DNA of 64,000 nt from Balanoglossus misakiensis (Eukaryota > Animalia > Hemichordata). The DNA lies in NCBI GenBank assembly GCA_040954595.2, contig CM082581.2, positions 13,031,921-13,095,920 on the forward strand, read 5' to 3'. Positions 37,001-49,900 of this stretch are shown piece by piece. Below the pieces are notes generated by a model. It ran no database searches and was not told the origin of the DNA. It was given only the letters and a program-made list of their open reading frames with translations. The first letter of the stretch is position 1. Every line of letters starts with the position of its first letter. The translations under genes were made by a program, and so were the position numbers.

Positions 37001-39926
37001 AAATCTCACCTTCCGTTTGACATTGAAATTTCTGGCCTTGACTATCCGCGTGATTACTTTGACAGCATCCAGTGATGCCTCGCCCAGAGGGTCTTCTTTA
37101 AACAGCTGTGTGACAGCATTGCAGCACATATCGGAAATCTAGAAAGAGACACATGAGCTTTATTCTCCCTCATCATTACACATTGGATCAAACATCCCCG
37201 ACCCCCAACCCCATTCATCTCAAGGAATATGGTTGGCTTAACATTTGACCTTAGGGAGAAGTTCACAGGCTGACCTACAAGAACTGTCTTCCCCCAGGAC
37301 GCATTTTCCCCTCAAGCTATCCCAAAGCAGGATTCTGAAAATCTATCATAATTGGTTCGTGAGGAAAATTTTCCAGGATGTAGTTGCATTGAAAGCTCTA
37401 TTCAATGCCACAGACAAAGTCTTTGTCAGCCACATTATAACAGTGATGACCTAACCTTGACACAGTCATACTTCTGTTTGGAAGTGACATTAGCCTTTTC
37501 TCTGACATCCATTGGCTTTGGTGACTTTTCAATGAAATGTACCACTGGGAATAAAATCTGAATTAATCGCTGTGCGAAAGCAGTGAATGGCATTTCAAGG
37601 GAAACTTTTTGTATGGTTTCTTTTGATGTGGCCTTTCCTTTGCACTTAACGAGGAAAATTCACTTTCAGTAACCATACAGCAATTGACCTTTCTAAGCAG
37701 CCATTTACACTGGAATGTACTTTTTATCATTTGAATCAAGAGAACAAAAAGTTCTTGACCTGGTAACCTTTGAAACAACTGACAGTCAGATATCCATTTC
37801 TAAAATCCTTCAGTATCGCTTCAATAACAATTACTAAATACCTGTTTGTCTTTGTCTGTTACCAGTGGCACGATCAGTGATATGATGTTACTTCTGTAGT
37901 TAAAGTGCGACAGTGAGATCATCAGATTACACATACATCGAGCAGCAACTTCTCTGAGGCTGTGGATGGCTTGTGTCGGCAGTTGCTCTTTTACTTGGCC
38001 ATTCTTTTTCACCTTTTCCCTCCTTTTATATCCTAAAAATGAGAAAAAGTGAGTTACAAGTTTGCAAATTACAATGTCACAAAACAACATGCAATGATGG
38101 CATACCAGTCAGAAAATAACCTACAAATCAAAATCATGATGATACGAAGAACGTAACCATGAAAACGGATGAAGCCTCAGACAAATACTGGACATAGAGA
38201 TCCTGAACGAGTGGACATGTTGCTGTGGCAACAGTTTCTACGGTTACTCCAAAATCCCAGTGCATATGGCTGCATCTGCCAACTATATTGAACAAAAAGA
38301 ATACATGTATAAGATCTTAGACTGCGAATGATTTAAATAACAGACTTTTACCTTTAATTGCTCTTTCTAGCTTCTCTAAGTATAATCTATAATTCTTGAT
38401 TAGACTTTCTTCAAAGTCTCTCACTTTCTGTACGTCTTTGCTTAGCTGAAAAAAAAGAAGAAACAACTCATAGTAAGTGACACAGTCACTGCTGGATGAA
38501 AAGATTCAAGTAAAATTTCGTCTGCTTGTCTGTGTGTGTCTCTCTCTACATGCATGCAAGCAGAGTGCATGCGCTCTCAAACACAGACAAAGATGCTGAA
38601 CGGACACACACTGAAATGCCGATACAAACAGAACTTACCATCTGTGTTTTCTCTGATTCACCCATCTCCCTTACTGTATAACCAGGTGCAATGTCCTTGA
38701 AGATCTCCAACAGTGACACCATCACCAACTTTCTCACCGTAATCAACACATCTGGGTCGTTCTCGTCCAACATCATCCGCAAACCTTTCAGTTTCTTCAC
38801 CTGGGAGAACAAACACATCAATTGTTCAAGATCTACATATGTACCATCACCTAAGTTAGTCACACTTGCCATCATGAGACCTAGCCAAAGATGAGACAGC
38901 CAATCACAAATTTTCATTCGGGTAGCCAAATGCAAAAGATTTAAACTTGCCATTTTGATCACTGGTGGTCAATTATTACTACTTATTCATACATAACTTA
39001 CTGAGTTCTCAGGGTCCTCTACTATTGCACTAGCCAGGCTTGCGATTTGCTGTTTCTTCTCTTGTAGTTTCCATTGTCGCCTTGCGAACAATTCCACAGT
39101 GCTGACAGGGGGCAGAGGCTTTCCCATCTTTTTTTCTGTCTCTGTGAGTCAAGAGGAGAAAATCCAAGAGGTGACAACAGCAAAGTTGGAGGGTGGTTTG
39201 ATCAGCCCTTATCTACATCACTGCTTCATGTTCATGCTTAGTGGCTCTACTTACCACTATTAAACATTTACAAAACAAATTCAACAATACCTTTTTCTAC
39301 TGTCTCCATCTCCTCTTTTTCAGTTTCCTCCTCTTTACTTTCTTCTTTTTCAACCCACTGCAATTCTAACCCCTTCTTATTCTTGATCGGCAGGAGAGGT
39401 TTCATCTTCTTAACAGGTCCCTCTGTAAATCCACTTCTTGGCTTCTGTTCAAAATCTCCTTCCATCTCCTCTTGTTGTAGCTTTCTCTTCCGAGACCTCT
39501 TACTGGACTCACCGGGTTTCTTACTGGGTTCACTTTCACTGCATGGACACACAATAAGATTGCACGACTGATATAAGACTTAGCATTTCACTGTAGATAA
39601 GATCAGCCCATAAAATGTGCTGGTTTTCGATACATTACACAAACACATGCAAGGCCTAAATATTCTGAAAATAATTACAAATTTGCACATTTTCACCTTG
39701 TTTCCAAGTTTAACAGAAAACTCAAGTTGTCTGGTGTGACACTGTCAAAATACTCCAAATCCTCATCTTCAATAGAGCTCTCTACATCTTCTTCTCCATC
39801 ACTGTGCAGAGGCTGATTACTGCTCATATTCTCATCCTGTTTTTCTTCACTTTTGTGCACAGACTGATTATTGCTTTTATTCATGCTTGATTGTGCACTT
39901 TTCTGGTGTCGCCGCCTCGGTTTCAT
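34015..39926 (-). CDS. NOC3L: Nucleolar complex protein 3 homolog; 16 coding exons, ~814 aa
   Basis: Exons: 39926-39697, 39538-39291, 39141-39002, 38800-38639, 38445-38352, 38032-37842, 37138-37010, 36533-36405 (GC donor), 36048-35968, 35873-35700, 35571-35436, 35315-35134, 35021-34893, 34773-34676, 34504-34414, 34245-34015. Motifs: [92 protein letters not shown]. Start gccATG at 39926 is likely but an upstream extension is not excluded (acceptor near 39974). Confidence 0.93.
36238..36309. repeat. Compound (GGGT)n(GGAT)n microsatellite in a NOC3L intron
   Basis: Direct tandem repeats. Confidence 0.9.
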
Positions 39927-40249
39927 GGCTCTTTGTCGATCAGAAGCACGCCCAGAAAGATCCTTGCTCTTCTCTGAAACAAATTTTCAGAAATAAACGG
40001 GAGTAAGTGCACTGTATGTGTACACAACTATGATATCATCGCATTGTCATGTTCATGCATTGACACTTTAATTTCCACCAAAGAACCTATTGTAAGGCTC
40101 TGGTTTACTAGTATTATGACTGATGCAACCCGGGATGCTTGCTTCCTGTTAGTTGCATCACTGATAATGTGAAATCGCTTGACTGTATGACTTCCTGTAC
40201 TGTCACCGACTAAGTGGTATAAGCTATCACCCCCAGACTATGATGAACT

Positions 40250-40947
40250 CAGGCAAGGCGACGGATGGATGGGCTCTGTTCGATCGTTCGTTCAAGCCTG
40301 GGTGTTGTATTCGGTGTATGTGTACGCATGGTACATCACACACGTGGTGCCCTGGGCCTGTCTTCGAACTTCCGGTCAGCAACGTTAGACGCGTCTCTAT
40401 GGTTGCACAGCTGTTCGTACTCAGCTACAGACATTATTCTCGCCCACAGCCGAAGTAAATGTGTTTCCTACAAATCATTGCGACTAGAACCGATTCTTAT
40501 CAGCCATAATATATTTCTTTTACGAATATTTATACCAACCTTGCCTTCACACACTGTGAACAGACGTTGTAACGTTACATCTACCTGTGCGGGCGCTCTT
40601 TAACAGGGCAAGAGCAATCACACTAAATTTAGGGAAGGTAGCAAGGTGACAAAATAAACACTCTTGTCACTCATGGAGAGCCCAATTCAACCGTGATATC
40701 ATGATTTAAAATGTATATTATATTATAAGTGGACGAAAAGAAACAGAGATATAATATTTAGTACTTTTTCTACCCAACAGTTGACAAGAGCAAAAAACCT
40801 TCTAACCTATTAACTAATGGGATCTTCCAAGGACCTCTGACTTTTGTGCGTTTGTTTTCACCTCAGCTTTCATTCTCGCCACTTATTGTTTATGATGAGC
40901 GAGAGTTCGTTGATCAGTTGATGGGTTGGTCGGCGAATTTTTAAACC
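40250..40947. promoter_or_regulatory. Probable bidirectional promoter NOC3L / GOST-family gene
   Basis: Divergent ATGs ~1 kb apart; CpG-rich patch; ACTTCCGGT (ETS/GABP-like) at 40368-40376 and E-box CACGTG at 40341. Confidence 0.55.
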
Positions 40948-43900
40948 ATGGAAACTCAAACTGCAATATTAAGAATTTTTCGTATTATATCAGTTTTGGT
41001 GTTAGTCGTATCAAGTACGTTTGGTAGAATATATGACAACAGTCTCGCAGTTTTCTACGGGAGTAAAGAACCATCGCTTAGTCTTCTTGAAGAGCAGTCG
41101 TTCGGGTTTTCTGCCGACCTATCGAAAGAGGGCATCGTCGACTTCAGAGTGTCTTGTCCAAAACCGGTAATATTTCCTTCCTTTCACAATTTCCTAAAAT
41201 ATTTTTTCGTTTTTGTCTTCACCGATTTTAAGCATTTTCGACAGAATGCAATCGGATACCTCGGAAAATTAGGTTAATTATAGATCTTTTACAGTAAGCG
41301 TCGTTAGTTAGGTAATCGCTGTTTATTCTGCGGTACTGGAATAATTCACATAAACCGTGGTGTACTGCATACATAAGATATACGCTAGCTTGGTGAATTT
41401 CATAGCAAAATAACACCTTTATCTATCCAATGCATATAGCATGATGAATATTTTCATTATTCGCAATATTTATGCGAAGCGATCTCTTTCCAAAACGAAA
41501 ACACCGTGCGCGACAGTGTAAGTAGGTGTGAACATATTGGATTTAAATAACCCATGCCAAACAAAAGAACCAACGTACGTGGTCTGCTGCCGTTAGAATA
41601 TCGATCCTATTGTTCACTGAAATGAACACAGAACAGCCGGGTAACACAATTCGATAGAAATTGACAGTTACGTAAAATCACTGGCAACTCAGTGATTTTT
41701 ATTTTAAAAAATGATCAGTTTGAGTAAAATCCATCAAAACCTTGTTTTGCTTTTTAGGTGACGGTACAATTGTCATTGGAAATAACGCATGTTCAGCACA
41801 AAAATCCACTACAGCAAGTATGATAATCACAGAATTGTAATAATGCTTTAAATCAGACAACTGATGGTCAATATTGTACCTGATTGTTAGATCTGCAAAT
41901 TAATGATTTGATTGCCCACACGTTGCCATATTCTCACCAGAATTTATGAGGTAGCCACGACAATTATCGATTTTACCTGTGTCAGTTATGATGACAGCGG
42001 CAGTTTGACAGTATCAAGTTACAAGCATATTGACATTGTTTGTGATTAAATGCACACCTACTGGTATGTTGTGTTTGCTTATCTTCAAAATATCTGATGC
42101 TGGTATGGTTTGATCCTGGGGATGTTGTTTGCTTTGTTCAATGGCTCATGATAATCAATAACTAGCTGTCAGTATAACAAAGAAAAAACATCAACTCTAC
42201 AGAGTTTTGAAAATTAAATGCTCATTTACAGAGATAAGATACAGTGCAGTTTATAGCATGGGATAGGACAAGGTGTTGAATTCATGGCTATACACTAAAA
42301 TGTGTATGTGCTTTTTGACGGCTTGACCAGTGCATGGGGTCCTGCTGTGCTGTATGTTGCAATCATTGTCATTGGGTGACACAGTTAATCTCCATGATGT
42401 GAGTGTCAAACCAAAGGATAAATGACATGACTTTAATGACTTTAGAAGTCATGTCATTATCCTTTGGCTCGCTGAAGATTTATGTCTGCTTATTAAGCCA
42501 CTATTTTTAAAACATTTTTATAAAAATTCTACGGTGATAAGTGTATGGCTCATCACCGTAGAATTTAAAAAAAAAAAAAATTGTTAAATTTTTATTTAAA
42601 AAAAAACCCTGGTTTAGTCCAGGTCCGGGAATTGAACCCAGGTCCCTACAATTGCAAGTCCAGTACCCTGACCACTAGGCTACGATGTCTTGTACATGTA
42701 ATGTTCTTCTAGATCTACATTCAAGATATAGCAATTTCATTCATAAACAGTGGAACATTATAGATTTATACTCAGAGAATTTATGATAAACTGACCCTTA
42801 CAAGTTTGGCAGTCATTCACCAATCTCACACTTGTTAATTGTCTATAATAATTAGGAAGCTATTTTGTGATAACAACCTGTTGATTCCAGTATGCAAAGA
42901 TGGGATGCTCTTCAAATTGTTTGAATTTGTTATGTTGATAGGTCAGTGTGTGGAGGCCATGAGAAAAATATGATAATTAAAAATTATAATGTATATGTAA
43001 ATTTTAATATCCTGTAAAAAAGAAAAACGTGCATGAAGATGATGGCATTGTGTGGTTTCAATGAGCAGTGATGCATATGTACGACTGATAATCCAGAAAC
43101 TATTATTTCCCCTGTGGCCATGAAAATCTGAATTATATGAAAAAATGAAATCTTAGGCTTTTGGGTATGGTTAATGCCCTGATGTAGCCAGTATAATCTC
43201 GCACAGGACAGGTATAGGATACCATGTCTTATTAGACAGGATTATGCATGTTGTAACCTCTAGATGATAATATCAGTGTGGGTTACAGATGTGTAAATCC
43301 TGTTAAAGTATTTGTAAGATGTTGAAGTGATATCATTGAGAAATAAAGACAATGACAATATCATTAGTATGCTAAGAATGTATTAGGCCTAGACCATTAA
43401 TATATTTTTTCTATGGTGATGACATTTCAAAGGTATATTATTGTAATTTGTGACAAAAAGTGTCAGCTAGGAAATTGTGTACACTCTGTTGAAATATTTA
43501 ATGGACAGAAGCTATCCTTCATCCTACCAATTGATAGCTAGTGTGGGGTTTTACCCTTTGGGATTATGATCACGCTGGTGTAGGAAATTGACAGAATTTC
43601 AAGATGGCTGCAGAATTCAGATCCATTACAGTATTACGTTGACTGCTGATGTACTGTAAACGATTCATCAGATAAGTATCGTAATGTACAATTCAGGCTG
43701 TTGACAGCTACAACCTCTACGTGCCTTGTTTTTCAAGCCAAAATCCCAGATAACAAGTTCCATGTACAGTACAGTACAGTACAGTACAGTACAGTACAGT
43801 ACAGTACAGTACAGTACAGTACAGTACAGTACAGTACAGTACAGTACACATTTGTTTTATGACTCTTAGCAATTCTTGTTAAACAGACTGCAAATTTGTC

Positions 43901-46900
43901 ATTACAATACTGTATGCACTCATTACATACTGATCATCATACAGTTTGAACGCAGTCTTCGGTTGACCGGAGTAAAAAGGCCTGTAGTATCAGTCACAAC
44001 ATGTAGCTGTCACCTTACATGTATGTCCCTGTAGCGTTATGTCCCTGGACAGGACCATAACCTTTCGGTGGAAAGGTTCAACATGGTCGATGCAAACACT
44101 CATTAGTGCTAACATTGTCATCTAGCACTGCCAGTACTTTCTCTACAACCTTCGCCTTTTGTAAAACAAAGACTGTCATATTTTTGTGGGATTTTTTTTT
44201 TGCATTCATGCTTAGGTGGTGCCCTACACCTAGGAACTTGTCATGGCCATATCCTTCAAAGTAAAGGACAGGGAAAAAGAGCTTTAAATTTAGCACTGTA
44301 CAATGCCACCGTAAATGATGGTTTTTTTTCCAGTGGAAGCAAAGATGTATCACTGTATATCACTGTTTATTTCTTATCTGAATAAAGGATGTGTGTACAA
44401 GGACCATTAATTTTGAAGATCTGCATCCCTTCATGGTAATCCAATCACGCGTGTTATCGAATACACCTCTTTTCAAACCATTTGTGGCAGACTGTTTAAT
44501 CGTGAAGATTGATGACGTTTCAAGTTCTCAATTAAAATTCAATTTTCTCAGAAAACAACCGTGGATGTTCATTACCATATGCCCAAGTCACAGGAGCACA
44601 CAGTTATCTGTAAAATTACCCTGTTGACAGCACATTATTAATAATGAACAGTTCAAAGATAATGTGTAGAGTCCAGGGAATGGTACAGGTGATTGAAGTC
44701 AAGCAAGATATTTTATCTATAAGTGATTGCAATGCAGACATCACTGTGGGATTTCTTTGGACAGGGACATAACGCGGGAATCGAGATATTTGTTCCATGT
44801 CAATTCTAACGGTTACCCCTAATTGGGAGGACTCTGTGACGTACAGTCTCTTCTTGTTGGACAAAGGCCATTATATGAATAAGAAGAAACTGGGACAACA
44901 CAAAACATTTACTCATGACATATCAGTTGCCAGATTAGTTTCATAATAACTTTGACCCGTATTCAGTGGAATCATTTGACATTAAAACTTCAATTTGATG
45001 TTCGGGTGACAGTTTTAGGTCATAAGAAATATGTATGTTTGCGAGTCAGTGACTGTTTCATGTTTCTGGTGTGCAGTTCTATAATGCAATGTGAACACTA
45101 CAAGGTCTCATTAAATGTTGTTTGTGTTGTGACTTCTTTATGTACAACCTTGCTTCTGCATGGGGCAAAAATTGTGAACTTTTGACATGATTGTAATTTT
45201 TTTCAAATACCGGGTATGTCAAGTTATTAATATCATGATGATGGTCAAGGCCGAATTTATGAAATATGCCCTTAAAATTGAAACTGCCATTGTCACTTAT
45301 AGCCTGACACACTATTCAGACGTTTATATGATATATAAATGGAGATATGCTCCCTAATAGCCTGATGTCATGGGGAATATATAATTGTGAAGGTCTGTTC
45401 TGTTTGTATGAGGGGAGACGAGACAAAATACTGTAGTTCTTGCTAAAATAATTGCTGTGTTTATCTTTTTTGTTCACACAGGAGCCAGCAATACCTCCAT
45501 CCATGTGGCTACTTTTCTGTAAAACTAATGAAGCAAGAGAGGTAAGTGTGTTATCAAGTCCACACAGTGAGAGCAAAAAGAAATCAGAGCTAAATTACTG
45601 TAACATTTCCATATGGCTATATTCAACAACAATGATCATAATAAATTTATGTATAGATTTTATAGATCTTTCTGGGCCGTATAAATAATAAAACAATATT
45701 GATCATATATTGTGTGTAAATTTATTGATTTTGGTGATAGTTCTTTGTTCTCACCTTGGCTTTATTTTTTCCTTCACTGTTTTGTTCTAAGAATCAATGC
45801 CTAATTGATTTATTTTTTTGCAATGTAGAATAGTTTAGGGACTGAGACTCAATTAATATACTAATGGTGAAATCATTGTAATTAAGTAGATAATACGTGT
45901 ATAATTTGCTGGTTTATTTTGAACCACGTATAGTTGACATGGATCTTTGACAAATATTCTGTTTGAATGTCAACTCTATAAGACTTGCTGATATATACAG
46001 AACAAACATAAGAACAGGCAACAGCTTCATTAAACCTTGCTATTACTTGCTGTTACAATTCATGCAAAGCTTTGACGTATTAAACTTGAGTCATGAAAAA
46101 TTCAAGACTTCAGAAAATGGGAATTCAGTGTGTGTACATCAGCTCCATGGGGGCTGTGACAAACAAGAACTTTGTGTGATTTTCCAAGTGCCAGAATTAA
46201 TAGCTTTTCTAACAAGAAAGTGCAGTCAACCTTACAAATGCTGAGATGACGTTGTCAATCCTATTAAAAAGAGATTTCCTGTGGATCAGAATTGCATCTG
46301 CATGACCATCGGATGAGTGGTCGCTATAGGGTATACATACAGTCTCCCCCACGGTTTATTTTATAACACTTCTGTGGAGAATGATTGATCAATCATTATA
46401 CCAGTGAGGCTACATATCTCTATACAGCATAAATATTTCATAAACATTCTGTATTAATTGCCATCCTCACCTTCAACTGCATGTGATAATTGAGTGTATC
46501 ACAATACTATATGCATGCTTTTATTAAAGTGCATTTTTAATTGTTGAATTTAAAGAGATTCGGCAATGGCCCAATGGGTCTTGTGTTTGGGGGTTTTCCC
46601 CTCTGTGATTGCTGCATTACAGTATAAAACTCAAAGGATAGTTGTACCCACTCCCATCTGTGGTATTGCAGCGTATGCTTTTTAAGTGGGTACATGTGTA
46701 AAGCATTCAATTCCTTTGTGGAGGAGAAAATACCAAACACTGGCACTGTGTGATTTCATTTCCAGGAAGTTCGAGTGACGCACATGTAAATGCCTGACTG
46801 ACCTCTCTAATACTAATAGAATACTAGTATATAATGTACATGTAATGTTAATACTCTGAAAATGCCAGTGCCACTATCTTCTAAACAAGGACCCAGATAT

Positions 46901-49900
46901 CTCATGATCTGTTAATTGTGTCTAATTCCCATGGCATAACAAACTCAGGTCAGGGTCTCAATGTGTTCCGGTCGTTTAGTGAAAATGTCATTGCCAGAGG
47001 TATTATCGTCGAGTTGTTTTCAGACATTAAAGCAAAACTCAGTTATAAAAAGGGCTTTTTATATTATAAAGCACAGACCAAGAGAAAAATTATTCTCTGT
47101 GTCTGATCTGTATTATTCTCTGGCATAATGTCGGATTGATTCTCATTGGCTGTTTAAAATGACACTAACAATATCATCACAGCGTCTGATGTAATAAACC
47201 CTATAGTTTAAAGTAGCGTGATCAGTATACATGCATGTGCATGTTGCCATAGACCCTGCGGCATGTCTGTGTATTCTTTTTAACAGTGGATTTAAATATT
47301 AAATTGTTTTTGTCAGAATAACATTAAAACCATCTCATTCTTTAACATGAACATTCAAGAAAAAATGTTCGTCATTGATGTGAAGCTTAAACTTTCACAT
47401 AAATTATTCTGTCTATGTGAATATATTGGACTGCTACATCAACAGAATAAATGATACCATTTTCAATCTTTTCTTCTCTCTTTTTTCAACAGTTTTCCAA
47501 AATCAGCAGCAATCATTTGAATTTTGAATGTCACCGACTGGAGAAGAAAATTTTCTACAAGAGTGACGACACCTATTGCGTTCATGTCAAGGCGCAGTAC
47601 AATGCAACTGCCACCGGTGAACAGTGGCTCTCTCGGAAAGTTCAACAGAGTCAGTTCTTTACATTTTTTGTCCTTCAGTGCCCTGTGAAACAGCCAATCA
47701 ATAAAACCAATGGCACAAAACACAAAGACACCTGTAAGGTAAGCTGGATTCCCTGCTGTACTGTAACCTTGTTGGTATCATTTCTATAGCTCTGTCAAAA
47801 GGACAACCTACCATAACGTACATTGAACTTTTATACCCCAGCTGGGAAAGATGATGCAACTATCGGCCCCTTGGAGTCAACCATAGAATTTAGTGATCCC
47901 ACTGGATTGCCATTTTGTTATGATTTTTTCATGTGCATTGAGCCCTTCATTATGTGCCTGAACTGTTTCATTGAAACTTGGAACAAGGACCTATTATGAA
48001 ACACATTGTACATACCTTGCCATTAATTTATGCCTAATCAACAGAAACAAATGTGATATGATTGCATTTCATTTGTTTTCTCCTGACCTCGTTGTAATTC
48101 TCTTGTGGGCTCATTGTGTTGGTTTGATTGGCCAATTAAGTCGTTATCTATCAAAGTAGAACATCTGCTAGGAGAAATCAATGATGTACACTTGTTTGTC
48201 ACCAGGTTTTTCTTTAAAATTTCATGTCCCTTTGTCATATTATATCGTCAGGTAACAGAAGCAATAATTGCAAAGGAAAATCTGCGATGGCATTGTCATC
48301 AGAATATTGTTGTACAGTGCTGCTGAATACAATCTTTCTTTCTAGGTCATCCTGAGGTCAGAATCATGCGGTTCATTTCACAGATACAGATCCCATTAGT
48401 CTTGACATAAAAGTTGAACATTCAGTGTCTTCAAGGTGACATAGCCAAATTCAATTACCAGACCATCTGCGCCCTGTTTCTAGATAAGCTATGACTTTGT
48501 AGTGTATTATGTATGTACCAGGGCACTTATCGACTATACTGTATATGTATATTACAGTGGAACGAGATCAGTATATCTAATCCAGTTTTAACATACATGA
48601 TCATGTTAAGCTGCATTATTAGATCCCATTTGCTATATGGCACATGTATATGGAGTTTTTGGATAATTTGGCATGTACTGTACATGTATGTATGTAGTAC
48701 AGAACACATACATACATGTACGTACGTCTGTACAAACATGTAGTTTTAATACAATTCATGACATGTCTGCAAACTTATTTAAAAAGGATTAAGATTTAAA
48801 GGTTGTCCAGGGAACTGAAAACGTGTGTGATGATGGATTGACACACCTCAAGGCTAATTGCAGATCTGTATGATTTCATTCAACAGACAATTGAACACTG
48901 TCCAATATCAGATCTTCGGTAATTGACAGGTGCCGCCTCACTCTACCTTGAGAATAATCAATAACCACCCGTTTTGTGGTTATATGTGCATGCGCATCAT
49001 GACATTTTTCTTGGTAATTATCAGTAAAAAAAATCACGACACATTGATTTGTTCGGTTTCAGTAATTACGCAGTGTAGTACATCAGTTCTCAGCTGCAGT
49101 TGGACTTGTTAATGCCAAAGAGCCTTTTAACAATCATGTAGGATGATGTATTTGAGAGGAGAGTAGGAGAATTTCCATTTTACGGTCTTGATTAGGGCCT
49201 GGCTCTGCACTGGTCCCTTTCATTCCAAAGGGCTTCAAGTAGACATGGTTTGTAAAACTGCCATTGAGCCAGACACATGGGGTATGCTCCATTCAGTCAG
49301 CGTCAGTACGCGCAGACTGAAAGGAGTAAATCTCATCAAGTCTTTCATGTCAAACATGCTTATCAATCAATCTGTAAGTGCAGGAATCAGGGTTTCAGAG
49401 CATCAGGAGTGTGTTCCAGTCACATATGTTTCATCCATGCGGCCGTCAGTTAGAGGCCATCTTGGAAGCAGACTGTGGTGGTTATCTTGATGGTTAATCT
49501 GTCATATGGGTGCATTCAATTTTGGGCCCAGGGTCTAATGGAATTTGTATGGTGTCGGCATAGCAACGTATGAACTAAAGCGAAAAATTCGTGACTTGTT
49601 GTCATGGTAATGTATTATACTGAAAGTGACAGATTGCTGTCAGCTTTATGAGATTGTAAAAATGCTGATGCATTTCACAATGTACATGTACAGTGTACTC
49701 TGTACACGAATTGTGAGATTAGTCAGTACTGCAGTGAGTCTGGCTTGCTTTCTGTTTGACAATATCCATTGGCAATAATGATTCACAGCTCACAAAGCTT
49801 TGACTTTGATATTGGTTCATTGCAGTGGAGACTGTCGTTGCTGAACCCGGACCAGAGCCACCTCAGCAGTGATGAATCAACCATGCCGGATATCTACACA

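Noticed and set aside
37441-37505. C/D-box-like GTGATGA...CTGA
   Set aside because: Antisense to the host NOC3L intron, no terminal stem, no recognised rRNA guide.
42618-42690. Functional tRNA (TGC anticodon)
   Set aside because: Anticodon and acceptor stems do not pair properly; treated as a tRNA-derived repeat.
43764-43848. Regular repeats as a CRISPR-like array
   Set aside because: Pure microsatellite without spacers, in eukaryotic intronic DNA.
48346-48356. 11-nt micro-exon (tctag|GTCATCCTGAG|gtcaga) in the GOST gene
   Set aside because: In frame only with a weaker upstream donor at 47733; direct splicing 47738-49826 already works.
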